NCBI GenBank assembly: GCA_963668025.2 | Contig: CAXXTH010000011.1 | Coordinates: forward strand, 32,001 to 96,000 | Direction: 5' to 3' | Origin: Candidatus Hydrogenedentota bacterium | Lineage (GTDB): Bacteria; Hydrogenedentota; Hydrogenedentia; Hydrogenedentales; SLHB01 | Length of the DNA stretch: 64,000 nucleotides | Shown: positions 43,519-52,147 of the stretch, piece by piece | Position numbering within the stretch: the first letter of the stretch is position 1 | How the letters are laid out: each line of letters begins with the position of its first letter | Notes under the pieces: generated by a model | Database searches by the model: none | What the model was told of the DNA's origin: nothing | The model's input: only the letters and a program-made list of their open reading frames with translations | Program-made: the position numbers and the translations under genes

Positions 43519-44499
43519 CTAGGCTTTATAACGTCCAAGGGGCGTTTTTTTGATTTTCGTACACAACAGCAATACGCCTAAGGCAAATCCGCCGGCAAGC
43601 GCCACGCCCGATTGGCCGCCAATGCCTGCTAACGACATGCGGCTGGGCGTTTCTTTTGGTTTCCCCAAATGAAACTCGTCGTTTTCTATAGCCCGGCCGA
43701 GGTCCATGCATCGTATGGCGTATTGTTCCAGCGAATACACTTTATCACTGCTGGTTTCGCTCGTTTCATATTTTTCAGTCCGGATTTCTTTGGGTGTAAA
43801 AAGTGAGGGGGCGAGCTCTACAAAAGCGTCGCATGTGACCCGGCAAACGCAAGAGCCGTTGTCATACGTTTCCCGCTGCACCAATGCAAAATCCAGCTCC
43901 GGCGCCAGCCACACCGTACATTTGTTTTCTAGCGTTAAGACATTACACCGATATCCCCGGACAATTTCCTGCTCCGGTTTTATGTAGAGGCGAGGATCAT
44001 CCAGGATGGCCAGTACATCCATTCCCATATTGCTTTCCTCTACCTCTTGCATTGGGTAGAGCATGTGGAGAGCAGTGCTCTGTAATCCCATCATGGCTAG
44101 AGCGGAATTGCGGTTATACGCATATGCTTCGCGAGGATCGGTGAATTGGCTCGAATACTGCGGTTGAGTTGAGCCCGAATAATCCCATTCTTCGAGCATT
44201 CCGCCATCGAAAGTCTGGCGCCATTGAAGCTGCGCTTCTTGATTCGATGGATTTGGCTGATATGCTCGAATTCCGAACAAGGGGCCATCACTATAATGGG
44301 CGTATAACTCAGTTTCCTTGGATTTCAACTTCCCTGCCGGCGTGATGCTATACTGGGTGGCTTCATACTCCATGATGTAAGTTTTCAAGCGTTCCATTTT
44401 TTGCTGATACGAATGGCGAACTGCATCTAAATCAAGAGGCGCATCCATGGCGCACAAGCAAGTAGCGGTTAAAGCGGTTATCGAAAATGCGGACAACAT
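43519..44499 (-). CDS. Hypothetical exported protein, possible LolA-like fold, C-terminal TM anchor
   Basis: Signal peptide; EIVRGYRCNVL...VWLAPELDF motif; Gly-rich TM followed by a basic tail. Confidence 0.55.
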   Translation of the reverse strand: MLSAFSITALTATCLCAMDAPLDLDAVRHSYQQKMERLKTYIMEYEATQYSITPAGKLKSKETELYAHYSDGPLFGIRAYQPNPSNQEAQLQWRQTFDGGMLEEWDYSGSTQPQYSSQFTDPREAYAYNRNSALAMMGLQSTALHMLYPMQEVEESNMGMDVLAILDDPRLYIKPEQEIVRGYRCNVLTLENKCTVWLAPELDFALVQRETYDNGSCVCRVTCDAFVELAPSLFTPKEIRTEKYETSETSSDKVYSLEQYAIRCMDLGRAIENDEFHLGKPKETPSRMSLAGIGGQSGVALAGGFALGVLLLCTKIKKTPLGRYKA

Positions 44500-44570
44500 T
44501 ACTCGCGTTTTCCTTCCCTAAATATCTCATTGCATTTCCCCTGAACCCGTTTGTGTTTTGTTTGATACTA

Positions 44571-44819
44571 TCAACTCGCGTGGCTGCGTTCATGCAGTGC
44601 TTCATCAAAGCGCGCCCGTTTTTCCCGCTCAATGACAAGCGTCTCGATATTCGCGATCCGCTCCTCCATGCGTTCGATGCGGGCCATCAGGTCTTTAGAA
44701 CCGGCCATGGAATTGGATCGGGCAAGCGCGACTTCTTTATATATTTTGAACTTTTTTGAGATGATGCTGGCTACCGCCTCAATGGCCACGACAGCGACTA
44801 TCATGCCCCACATGTTCAC
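44571..44819 (-). CDS. PspB-like small membrane protein (copy 3)
   Basis: N-terminal TM plus RIERMEERIANIETLV. Confidence 0.7.
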   Translation of the reverse strand: MNMWGMIVAVVAIEAVASIISKKFKIYKEVALARSNSMAGSKDLMARIERMEERIANIETLVIEREKRARFDEALHERSHAS

Positions 44820-44824
44820 GGCTC

Positions 44825-45091
44825 TTACTCCCCGTTGTGGCGGTCTCTGTTCCGCCGGTCGATATCCATCAGTATCGTCTCGAGTGCTTCGACGCGTTCT
44901 TCCATACGTTGAAGCCCGCGGTACATCTCCTGGATAAGCTGTGTCTCATCCAGGTTTTCTTGTCTCGTGCGGCCGTACGGTTTATTATTTGGCCGAATGA
45001 TGTTTGCAAGTGTTCTCATGGCCACGATCAACACGATACCGATGATCGCTACAATGGGAATCATCAACACCAATATTGCTTCAAGACTCAT
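44825..45091 (-). CDS. pspB: Phage shock protein B (copy 2)
   Basis: N-terminal TM plus IQEMYRGLQRMEERVEALETIL. Confidence 0.8.
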   Translation of the reverse strand: MSLEAILVLMIPIVAIIGIVLIVAMRTLANIIRPNNKPYGRTRQENLDETQLIQEMYRGLQRMEERVEALETILMDIDRRNRDRHNGE

Positions 45092-45118
45092 GTTGTAGCT
45101 CCTTGTTAGCGATCATTG

Positions 45119-45376
45119 TTATTCTTGGCGTCCGTGTTCCGTTTCTTTATCCAGAAGAATCGTCTCGAGATTTTCGATACGCTTTTCAAAATCCGACAAG
45201 CCCCGGTGGAGCTCCTGCATGCTCCGCGCCTCTTCGGCATCGAGCGTGCGGCTGCGTTGCGGACCCCGCAACAGGCGTACGAGCACCAGCACGAAAAAGC
45301 ATAGTAGCGCTAAAATTACAAAAGGCAAAACTACGACCACGGCCACAAATGACAATACAGCCCATGTCTCATACAT
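45119..45376 (-). CDS. pspB: Phage shock protein B (copy 1)
   Basis: TM plus MQELHRGLSDFEKRIENLETIL; ATG at 45376 after GAGGAG. Confidence 0.78.
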   Translation of the reverse strand: MYETWAVLSFVAVVVVLPFVILALLCFFVLVLVRLLRGPQRSRTLDAEEARSMQELHRGLSDFEKRIENLETILLDKETEHGRQE

Positions 45377-45561
45377 TGATATACTCCTCTCGATTCGCAA
45401 TCCAGATTATTCTAGCTGTTCATGGCACTGTTTCGCGATACGCAGATCAGAGGTCTTGTGGAGTATCCTGCCCCATTGCCTTTCCCTCGAGGGGAGCTGA
45501 CGGAGCAGGAGTAGCTCGGTACAGCCTCCCCATAAGTTCGAACTCGTTTGTTCTTGCGTTC

Positions 45562-46227
45562 TTATGCGCCTGGCTGCTGATTGCTTTTCAAGGCTTCGAG
45601 TTCGCGTTCGATGTCTTCATCACCCGCCAGCTTCGCGATCTCGTCGGCCAGTGATGGCTTCCGTCCAAAATTCACCAACTCGGCTTCTGCTTCCATGCGC
45701 TCGATGCGGTTCTCGAACGACTCGAAACGCATCAATGCCGCTGAGGTGTCGGCCTTGCGAATATCGCTCTGGGCGCGCATCTTCTGGCGTGCATGTATGT
45801 GGCGCTGGACAAGCACCCGCTGGCGTTCGCGCGCCGAATTGAGCTTGTCCTCAAGCTGCATGATATCCGACTGGTATTGTTCGACCAGCCCATCGCATTT
45901 CGCCAGCTCGCCAAGAATAGCGTCCACACGCTCGATGTAGCGCCGTTTCTCGAGAAGCGCCTCGCGGGCCAGATCTTCCCGGCCCTTGCGCACCGCCAGC
46001 TCCGCCTTCGCGGCCCAATCCTCGGCGCGTTTGCGTATGTCGGCTTCCTCACGCTCAATTTTTTTCTTGGTGGCCATGGCGCCCGCGCACGCCGCTTTGA
46101 TGTCCACGAGGGTGTCTTCCATTTCGCGGATCATCAGTTTTACTAATTTTTCGGGATCTTCCGCCTTATCCAGCATCGAATTAATATTGGCGCTGATGAT
46201 GTCCCGCACTCTTGAAAAAATACTCAT
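45562..46227 (-). CDS. pspA: Phage shock protein A
   Basis: MSIFSRVRDIISANINSMLDKAEDPEK, GREDLAREAL, coiled coil; ATG at 46227 after AGGAG. Confidence 0.95.
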   Translation of the reverse strand: MSIFSRVRDIISANINSMLDKAEDPEKLVKLMIREMEDTLVDIKAACAGAMATKKKIEREEADIRKRAEDWAAKAELAVRKGREDLAREALLEKRRYIERVDAILGELAKCDGLVEQYQSDIMQLEDKLNSARERQRVLVQRHIHARQKMRAQSDIRKADTSAALMRFESFENRIERMEAEAELVNFGRKPSLADEIAKLAGDEDIERELEALKSNQQPGA

Positions 46228-46293
46228 GATGTTCACTCCTACGTGTTCCTTCATGAACCGGATGTGTCTGCAACCCAAACCTGTGGAGATAAA

Positions 46294-46310
46294 AGCAATT
46301 GCTATGCCAG
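46294..46310 (-). promoter_or_regulatory. Sigma54 (-24/-12) promoter of the psp operon
   Basis: CTGGCATAGCAATTGCT = GG-N10-GC consensus, upstream of pspA. Confidence 0.85.
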
Positions 46311-46385
46311 AACGTTGTTATTATTGTAAATCATTCAAATATAAAGGGTTATACTAATCTGCCATATCGAGGATTCTTGATGGTG

Positions 46386-46442
46386 TGGTTTATTTGGCCA
46401 ACAATAATGCCCATAAGCCAAGATGCATGGCGAAATGCGCCT
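46386..46442. promoter_or_regulatory. Putative enhancer (PspF-type UAS) pair
   Basis: TGG-N9-CCA at 46386-46400 and TGG-N9-CCT at 46428-46442, 42 bp apart, upstream of the sigma54 site beyond an AT-rich spacer. Confidence 0.4.
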
Positions 46443-46577
46443 CATCCGCTTTCGGTTGTCCAGATGCTTCCACCGTATTGCCTGAAGGGCATCTATTGTG
46501 TAATATTCCAAGCAACTTGGAGAGTCTATTTAGTATTTAGTATGCGGTCATCACTTTCGTGTATGGAGGGGCCCGTT

Positions 46578-46699
46578 TTTTTGACCACGAAATATACCAA
46601 ATACATACAGTAGCATAGCCGCAACCAAAGATCCGGATTTAACCACGAAATACACTAAATACACTAAAATTTGAAGCGTAGGGTGGGGCTTGCCCCACC
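46578..46699. repeat. Cluster of periodic repeats plus a GTAG-type REP hairpin
   Basis: ACCACGAAATATACCAAATAC and ACCACGAAATACACTAAATACACTAAA; GTAG-GGTGGGGC-TT-GCCCCACC at 46678-46699. Confidence 0.6.
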
Positions 46700-46870
46700 A
46701 ATCAAAGGAAGAGCCAACTAAGACATTATCTAAAACGTATGCTATAACAATATGCTATAACAATTTGATTCTATTTGATTTACACAGAAAATACATGCAA
46801 GAAAACAAGATTTTATTTGTTAGCAATACGAAAAAATCACCTGAATTATTGATAAGTATCGAGGTGGCAT

Positions 46871-47824
46871 ATGCGTCTGGTTCGGTTCATAGAAATACTC
46901 ATCGGCGCCGTTTTTGTGGCTGCGGCGGCCCTCAAAGCCGTGGATCTGCATGCATTCGCCGTGCAAATCCAGTATTACGGCGTTATTAGCGAGCCTGGCC
47001 TGGTCCGGTATGCGGCCCTCGCTTCCGTGGGTGTGGAAACGATTCTTGGCGCATTGCTGCTTGCAGGGATTCGCGTGCGCGGCCTCACCTATGTGGCCAA
47101 TCTCTTGTTGCTGGCAGTGTTCACTGGCCTGGTTGGATATGCCTGGGCGTATCACGGACTCAAGGATTGCGGCTGTTTCGGCAAGCTTATTCCGTTAGGG
47201 CCACTAGAAACGACTCTCAAGAATGCCGCGATGATGGCGTTATTGATTTGGGCGTGGCTTCGCGCGAAGCGGCTCGATTACGGGGCAGGCGCGTCTTCAT
47301 CGAACGCCGCTGAAGCCGTGCGGAGTCTGGCCGCCCTGGGCGCGCTCGCCGTGGTGGCTCTCTGTATCTTCTTTACGGATAACGCCGCTTTTTTTAATCC
47401 CCCCAAAGTGGAGAAAGAACGCCCCTTTGCGCAATTCCAGGTGGAAACGCCCGACGGGGCGGTCCTCGATCTCGGGCAGGGTGAATACTTCGTGGCCATG
47501 ATGAGCACGACATGCGACGACTGCGCCGCCGCAGTGGCTCCGCTGAATGAGGTCTATTTATCGCAATCCACCCCGCCCCTGGTGGCATTGATGCTTGGCA
47601 CGGAGGAATCGCAGCAGGAGTTCGAGGCGAATACCAGTCCTGAATTCCCCCGCCGCCTCATTGATGACCTGCAATTTCTCAGTCTAATCGGCAAGGAGCC
47701 GCCACGATTTTATATCATTCAGGACGGCAAACCCGTGCGTTATCTAGACACCCTCGAGGCTACGACTACGATGTTGTGTGACTTCGCGCTGGGGAATCTG
47801 GAAGGCGCACCAGAAGGTTCATGA
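46871..47824 (+). CDS. MauE/DoxX family membrane protein with a C-terminal thioredoxin-like domain
   Basis: G.VFV.AA.LK, DCGCFG and TLKN motifs; C-terminal CDDC. Confidence 0.8.
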   Translation: MRLVRFIEILIGAVFVAAAALKAVDLHAFAVQIQYYGVISEPGLVRYAALASVGVETILGALLLAGIRVRGLTYVANLLLLAVFTGLVGYAWAYHGLKDCGCFGKLIPLGPLETTLKNAAMMALLIWAWLRAKRLDYGAGASSSNAAEAVRSLAALGALAVVALCIFFTDNAAFFNPPKVEKERPFAQFQVETPDGAVLDLGQGEYFVAMMSTTCDDCAAAVAPLNEVYLSQSTPPLVALMLGTEESQQEFEANTSPEFPRRLIDDLQFLSLIGKEPPRFYIIQDGKPVRYLDTLEATTTMLCDFALGNLEGAPEGS

Positions 47825-47840
47825 CTAGGAAGGAATTCGT

Positions 47841-48518
47841 ATGGAAGGCGCAGTTCCCATTCTATTCATTGCGCTGATTATTTGCCTGGTTATCACCGCG
47901 GCGATATTCGGCTGGCTGCAAGAAAAACGCCGCCGGGAGGCCTTCCAGCAGCTCGCGGCCCGTTTGGGCATGTTCTATACCCAGCGTGACACTGGGCTGG
48001 CGCAAGGATTGTCTTTTCTCGATAAGCTGCGCCAAGGCTCAAACCGCTACGCCATGAACATTCTCCAAGGACCTTATGAGGGGTTCTCCGCCATGGTGTT
48101 TGATTTTCATTACGAGACCTACTCGACCGACTCGAAGGGCCGCCGACAGACCCATCACCACTATATGAGTTTCTTCGTGCTCAAGGAGGGCATAGCCTAT
48201 CCGGAATTGGTGATCTACCCGGAGACCTTTTTCTCGAAGATCGGCCAGATGCTCGGATATGACGACATCGATTTTGAGTCCATCGAATTCTCGAAGGCAT
48301 TTGTGGTCCGCTCCAAGGACAAGCGTTTCGCGTATGATATTTGCCATACCCGCATGATGGAATATCTGCTGAGACACCGTGAGTTGTGCATCGAGATTGA
48401 TGGGCCGTGCGTGTCCATCAGTTTTGATAAGCGCCTCGAGCCGGAGGAAATAGAGCCGAAACTGCGCCAGCTCATGGAGATACGGCGGCTATTTCCAGAG
48501 TACTTGTACCGCAGTTGA
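47841..48518 (+). CDS. Hypothetical membrane-anchored protein, LemA-associated
   Basis: N-terminal TM plus KRRRE; DIDFESIEFSKAF.V motif. Confidence 0.7.
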   Translation: MEGAVPILFIALIICLVITAAIFGWLQEKRRREAFQQLAARLGMFYTQRDTGLAQGLSFLDKLRQGSNRYAMNILQGPYEGFSAMVFDFHYETYSTDSKGRRQTHHHYMSFFVLKEGIAYPELVIYPETFFSKIGQMLGYDDIDFESIEFSKAFVVRSKDKRFAYDICHTRMMEYLLRHRELCIEIDGPCVSISFDKRLEPEEIEPKLRQLMEIRRLFPEYLYRS

Positions 48519-48582
48519 TGCAAAGGCGGATTTGTAATCATTTCCACGTCCGCGTAGTATAGTCCGAACGGAGGATATCGTC

Positions 48583-49149
48583 ATGGCGGCAATCGTTTTA
48601 CTGGTGATTATACTCGGAATCGGCCTGGTGTTCGTGCTGATCGTTGTGGGCATGTACAATGGCCTTGTCCGCATCAAGAATACGTGTGATGAATCGTGGT
48701 CGGATGTCGAGACGGAAATGCAGCGCCGGTACGACCTGATCCCGAATTTGGTCAATACGGTGAAAGGGTACGCCAGCCATGAGCGGGAGTTGCTCGAGGA
48801 AGTGACCCGCCTGCGCGAGCAGTGTGCCGCGAACCATGGTTCGCCCGAACAGCAAGCCGTTTCGGAGAATATGCTTCAAGGCGTGCTTGGCAAGCTCATG
48901 GTGCGGCTCGAGGCCTACCCTGACTTGAAGGCCAACCAGAACTTTCTCGACCTGCAACAGGAATTGGCGAATACGGAAAACCGCATCCAAGCCGCCTTGC
49001 GTTTTTATAATGGCAATGTGCGCGAGAACAACAATAAAGTCCAGATGTTTCCCAGCAATATCATTGCAGGCATGTTTGGATTTGGCAAGCGCGAGTTTTT
49101 CGAGCTGCGCAATGAAGAGGCCCGGGTCGCCCCGAAGGTCGAGTTTTAA
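48583..49149 (+). CDS. lemA: LemA family protein
   Basis: YNGLV, QRRYDLIPNLVNTVKGYA.HE, EAYPDLKANQNF and FPSNIIA motifs. Confidence 0.95.
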   Translation: MAAIVLLVIILGIGLVFVLIVVGMYNGLVRIKNTCDESWSDVETEMQRRYDLIPNLVNTVKGYASHERELLEEVTRLREQCAANHGSPEQQAVSENMLQGVLGKLMVRLEAYPDLKANQNFLDLQQELANTENRIQAALRFYNGNVRENNNKVQMFPSNIIAGMFGFGKREFFELRNEEARVAPKVEF

Positions 49150-49192
49150 CACGAAACCTATCCCGCGCATCCGCGCAACTAAGGATACGTGC

Positions 49193-51037
49193 ATGCCGCT
49201 TCTTTTCCGTCCAATAACCCTAACTCTGGGAGCAATGCTGTATTGCACGTGCGCCGCATATGCATACGATTTGAATGGGGCTATTGTGGATGCCGCGGGA
49301 AAGCCGGTGGCGGGGGCCTCGGTTTGGATTGCGCAGAACCATCAAGTCCATACGGCCAAATCAGATGATACGGGAGCGTTTAAGGTATCTTCACTCGAGC
49401 CAGGCCCCACGGAGGCCGTGGCATATAAAGAGGGCCTTGCCGTTGGCGGAGTGAGTTGCCACCTTACACGTTCGGAGCAAGTGCAAATTGTGCTGCTCGA
49501 ACCGGATACGCTTCAGCTTCGCATCATCGATCCCACTTTCGAGCCGGTGGAAGGCGCCCGCCTGAAATACGTGTTTATTGCGAATATGATTCCTGTAGCG
49601 CTCGATGACCTTGAATCGCAAGGTTTTCCCGCATATCGAAGCGGCGCGGATGGGGAGATGGCCATACCCATTCTGCCGAAAGGCTTTCCCGCCGGATTCG
49701 TGGTGGCCCACCGAAAATTCGCCGATTTGCTGGTTCCATTACTTCCCGTGGGGGGGGAGCGCCAAAGCGTGCAGATCTATCCGGGCACGCCCTTGCGGGG
49801 CCGGGTGGCAAATGAAAAAGGCGAAGGGGTAGGTGGCGCGGAAGTGTCCATCATCCATCCAGGGCCGTGGGGCAATCGCATTCCCCAGGAACTCATCACC
49901 GATCCCGAGGGATATTATTCCACGGTAGTGCGGCCAGGGGCATACAGCGTCCGCGCAACGCACAAGGAATATGCTCCGTCAGACGCCGCCGATGCGACTA
50001 TCGAACGTCTACTGGAAAAAACCACCGATCTGGTTTTACCTGCGGCCCATTACTTGGATGGAACCATTCTCGGTCCCGACGGCAAACCGTTCGGCGGTGT
50101 GTGGGTGGTCTACCTCATGAATGAGAAGCTCTACCAGCGCGCCATGACCGATGTAAATGGCAAATATGAATTGAAAGTGAAACGGGGCGATGGCCGTGTG
50201 CATATCCTTCCTCCCGATGGATATACAGTAGCGAAAACGCTTGACACACTGGCCAAAATCGAGGATGTGCCCCGGGTCGAGCTTCCGCCGGTGCAGTTAT
50301 CAACCCTTCCAGAAGTAGAGGGTGTGGTCGTAGGTCCGGATGGGAAAGCGCCTGGCCGGGTGTTGATATCGAGCTTGGACCTTGATCCGCCCCGCTGGGA
50401 TCTTTCCGATGAAAATGGACGCTTCGCCATGCACTTTGCCCGCATCCCCGGCCAAGCCAAGGCCCGGTTCCGGGTCGAGCATGCCCGGCGCTTTCAGCAA
50501 GCGGAGTTTACGGTCGATTTCACGGATATCAAGCCGCTGAATATCCAGTTGGAAGCGTATGAGCCTGAGCCGCAGCCGAATAATCCATCCAAAGCATACA
50601 ATGATCTTTCCAGCTTAGTGGACAAGCCAGCGCCGCCCTTGGCTTGCGCTTCCTGGTTTAATTCCCCGGCGCTCACCCTGGATGCGTTAAAAGGCAAGGT
50701 GATTGTGCTGGCGTTTTGGGGCGGATTCGCGGACCGCGGCCCCGTCTTCGACCATATCGAGGAATTGCGCGCGTTGTTTGAGTTGTTGCAAGGCGTGGAG
50801 GATGTGGCAATCATTTCCGTGCATGACAGCAGCGTGGATGAGGAGATGGCCCGGGATTATGTAGGAAAGTTTCGCGTAGGATTTCCCGTGGGGTACGATA
50901 CGGAAGAAGGGGAAACATTCAAACGGTATGAAACCACGGTCATGCCCCAGACCGTACTTATTGGCAAAGACGGCCTAGTTCGTTATTTCGAGGTGGATGG
51001 CCGTTTGTTGGAGCTTATTAAATGTTTACGACGATAA
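49193..51037 (+). CDS. Exported protein with carboxypeptidase-regulatory-like repeats and a C-terminal redoxin-like domain
   Basis: Repeated G.V.D..GKPV.GA.V units; LKGKVIVLAFW...PQTVLIGKDG.VR; no CxxC. Confidence 0.75.
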   Translation: MPLLFRPITLTLGAMLYCTCAAYAYDLNGAIVDAAGKPVAGASVWIAQNHQVHTAKSDDTGAFKVSSLEPGPTEAVAYKEGLAVGGVSCHLTRSEQVQIVLLEPDTLQLRIIDPTFEPVEGARLKYVFIANMIPVALDDLESQGFPAYRSGADGEMAIPILPKGFPAGFVVAHRKFADLLVPLLPVGGERQSVQIYPGTPLRGRVANEKGEGVGGAEVSIIHPGPWGNRIPQELITDPEGYYSTVVRPGAYSVRATHKEYAPSDAADATIERLLEKTTDLVLPAAHYLDGTILGPDGKPFGGVWVVYLMNEKLYQRAMTDVNGKYELKVKRGDGRVHILPPDGYTVAKTLDTLAKIEDVPRVELPPVQLSTLPEVEGVVVGPDGKAPGRVLISSLDLDPPRWDLSDENGRFAMHFARIPGQAKARFRVEHARRFQQAEFTVDFTDIKPLNIQLEAYEPEPQPNNPSKAYNDLSSLVDKPAPPLACASWFNSPALTLDALKGKVIVLAFWGGFADRGPVFDHIEELRALFELLQGVEDVAIISVHDSSVDEEMARDYVGKFRVGFPVGYDTEEGETFKRYETTVMPQTVLIGKDGLVRYFEVDGRLLELIKCLRR

Positions 51038-51205
51038 GTGGATACGGACAAGCATGTCCATTAAAAGCAATATGATATATTGTATAGAGTCCGGAGATGA
51101 TGAAGTCTCACCTGATGCGCCCCCCTTGGCGCTGGTTTGGAGTGAAACCCGGACATCCTGAATAGATAGCATGAAAGGCAGTTCCCTAACCAAGGAGGCT
51201 TCTCT

Positions 51206-52147
51206 ATGTCTAACCAATCCCGCCGTGAATTTCTGAAAGTTTCCGCTGCCCTCGCGGGCTCGATGGCGCTTGGGAAAGCATTTGCGCAGGAAACAGCGCC
51301 AGCTCCCGCCGCCCCGTCTCCGCTTCAAATGGCCATTGCCCGCTGGCAAAGCGCGAATCCTGCAACCGCCGATGAAATTGCAGGCAAATTGACCGCCCAG
51401 GCGATTGAAGCGCTGGGAGGGATGCAGCGTTTTGTCAAACGGGGCGATGTGGTGTGGGTCAAGCCCAACATCGGCTGGGACCGCGCTCCCGAGCTAGCGG
51501 CGAATACCAACCCGGAGGTGGTGCGGACGATTATCCGCATGTGCCTGGAGGCGGGGGCCAAGGCGGTGAAAGTAGGGGATTACCCGTGCGCCGAGCCTGC
51601 CCGTGCTTACATGAATAGCGGCATTCAAGCCGCCGCTGAAGCTGCTGGCGCGCAAATGGTTTTTCTCGATACGAGCCGGTTCAAGGATATGGCTATTGGC
51701 GGCGAACGCTTAAAGACCACGCCCGTATATCCTGAGATTGTCGAGTGCGACTTGGTGATTGATGTGCCCATCGCGAAAGACCACGGCTCGACCGGCGTTT
51801 CGCTTTGCATGAAGAACTACATGGGCGTGGTGGGCAACCGCCGCATTTTCCATCAGGACCTGCCTGGCTGTATCCGGGACATCACGGCGTTCATGAAACC
51901 GCGTATTTCCATCCTCGACGCCGTCCGGGTGCTGACGGCCCATGGGCCTACCGGCGGGGACTTGGCGGACGTGAAGCAATTGAACGTCGTCGCCGCGGCG
52001 ACGGATATCGTGGCCTTGGACGCTTTCGGCGCGGAATTGCTCGGGCGTGATCCCCTGCAGGTAGGTACCATCGTGGAAGGCCATAAAGCGGGCCTTGGCG
52101 AGATCGATTACCACAAGCTCGCCCTTAAAGAGATTGTGGCGGCCTGA
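51206..52147 (+). CDS. DUF362 family protein with a Tat signal
   Basis: SRREFLK, VWVKPNIGWDR, NTNPEVV, KDHG and MKNYMG motifs. Confidence 0.88.
   Translation: MSNQSRREFLKVSAALAGSMALGKAFAQETAPAPAAPSPLQMAIARWQSANPATADEIAGKLTAQAIEALGGMQRFVKRGDVVWVKPNIGWDRAPELAANTNPEVVRTIIRMCLEAGAKAVKVGDYPCAEPARAYMNSGIQAAAEAAGAQMVFLDTSRFKDMAIGGERLKTTPVYPEIVECDLVIDVPIAKDHGSTGVSLCMKNYMGVVGNRRIFHQDLPGCIRDITAFMKPRISILDAVRVLTAHGPTGGDLADVKQLNVVAAATDIVALDAFGAELLGRDPLQVGTIVEGHKAGLGEIDYHKLALKEIVAA

Noticed and set aside
46578-46670. CRISPR array
   Set aside because: Units are 8-9 nt and degenerate, with no regular repeat-spacer structure; no cas genes in the window.
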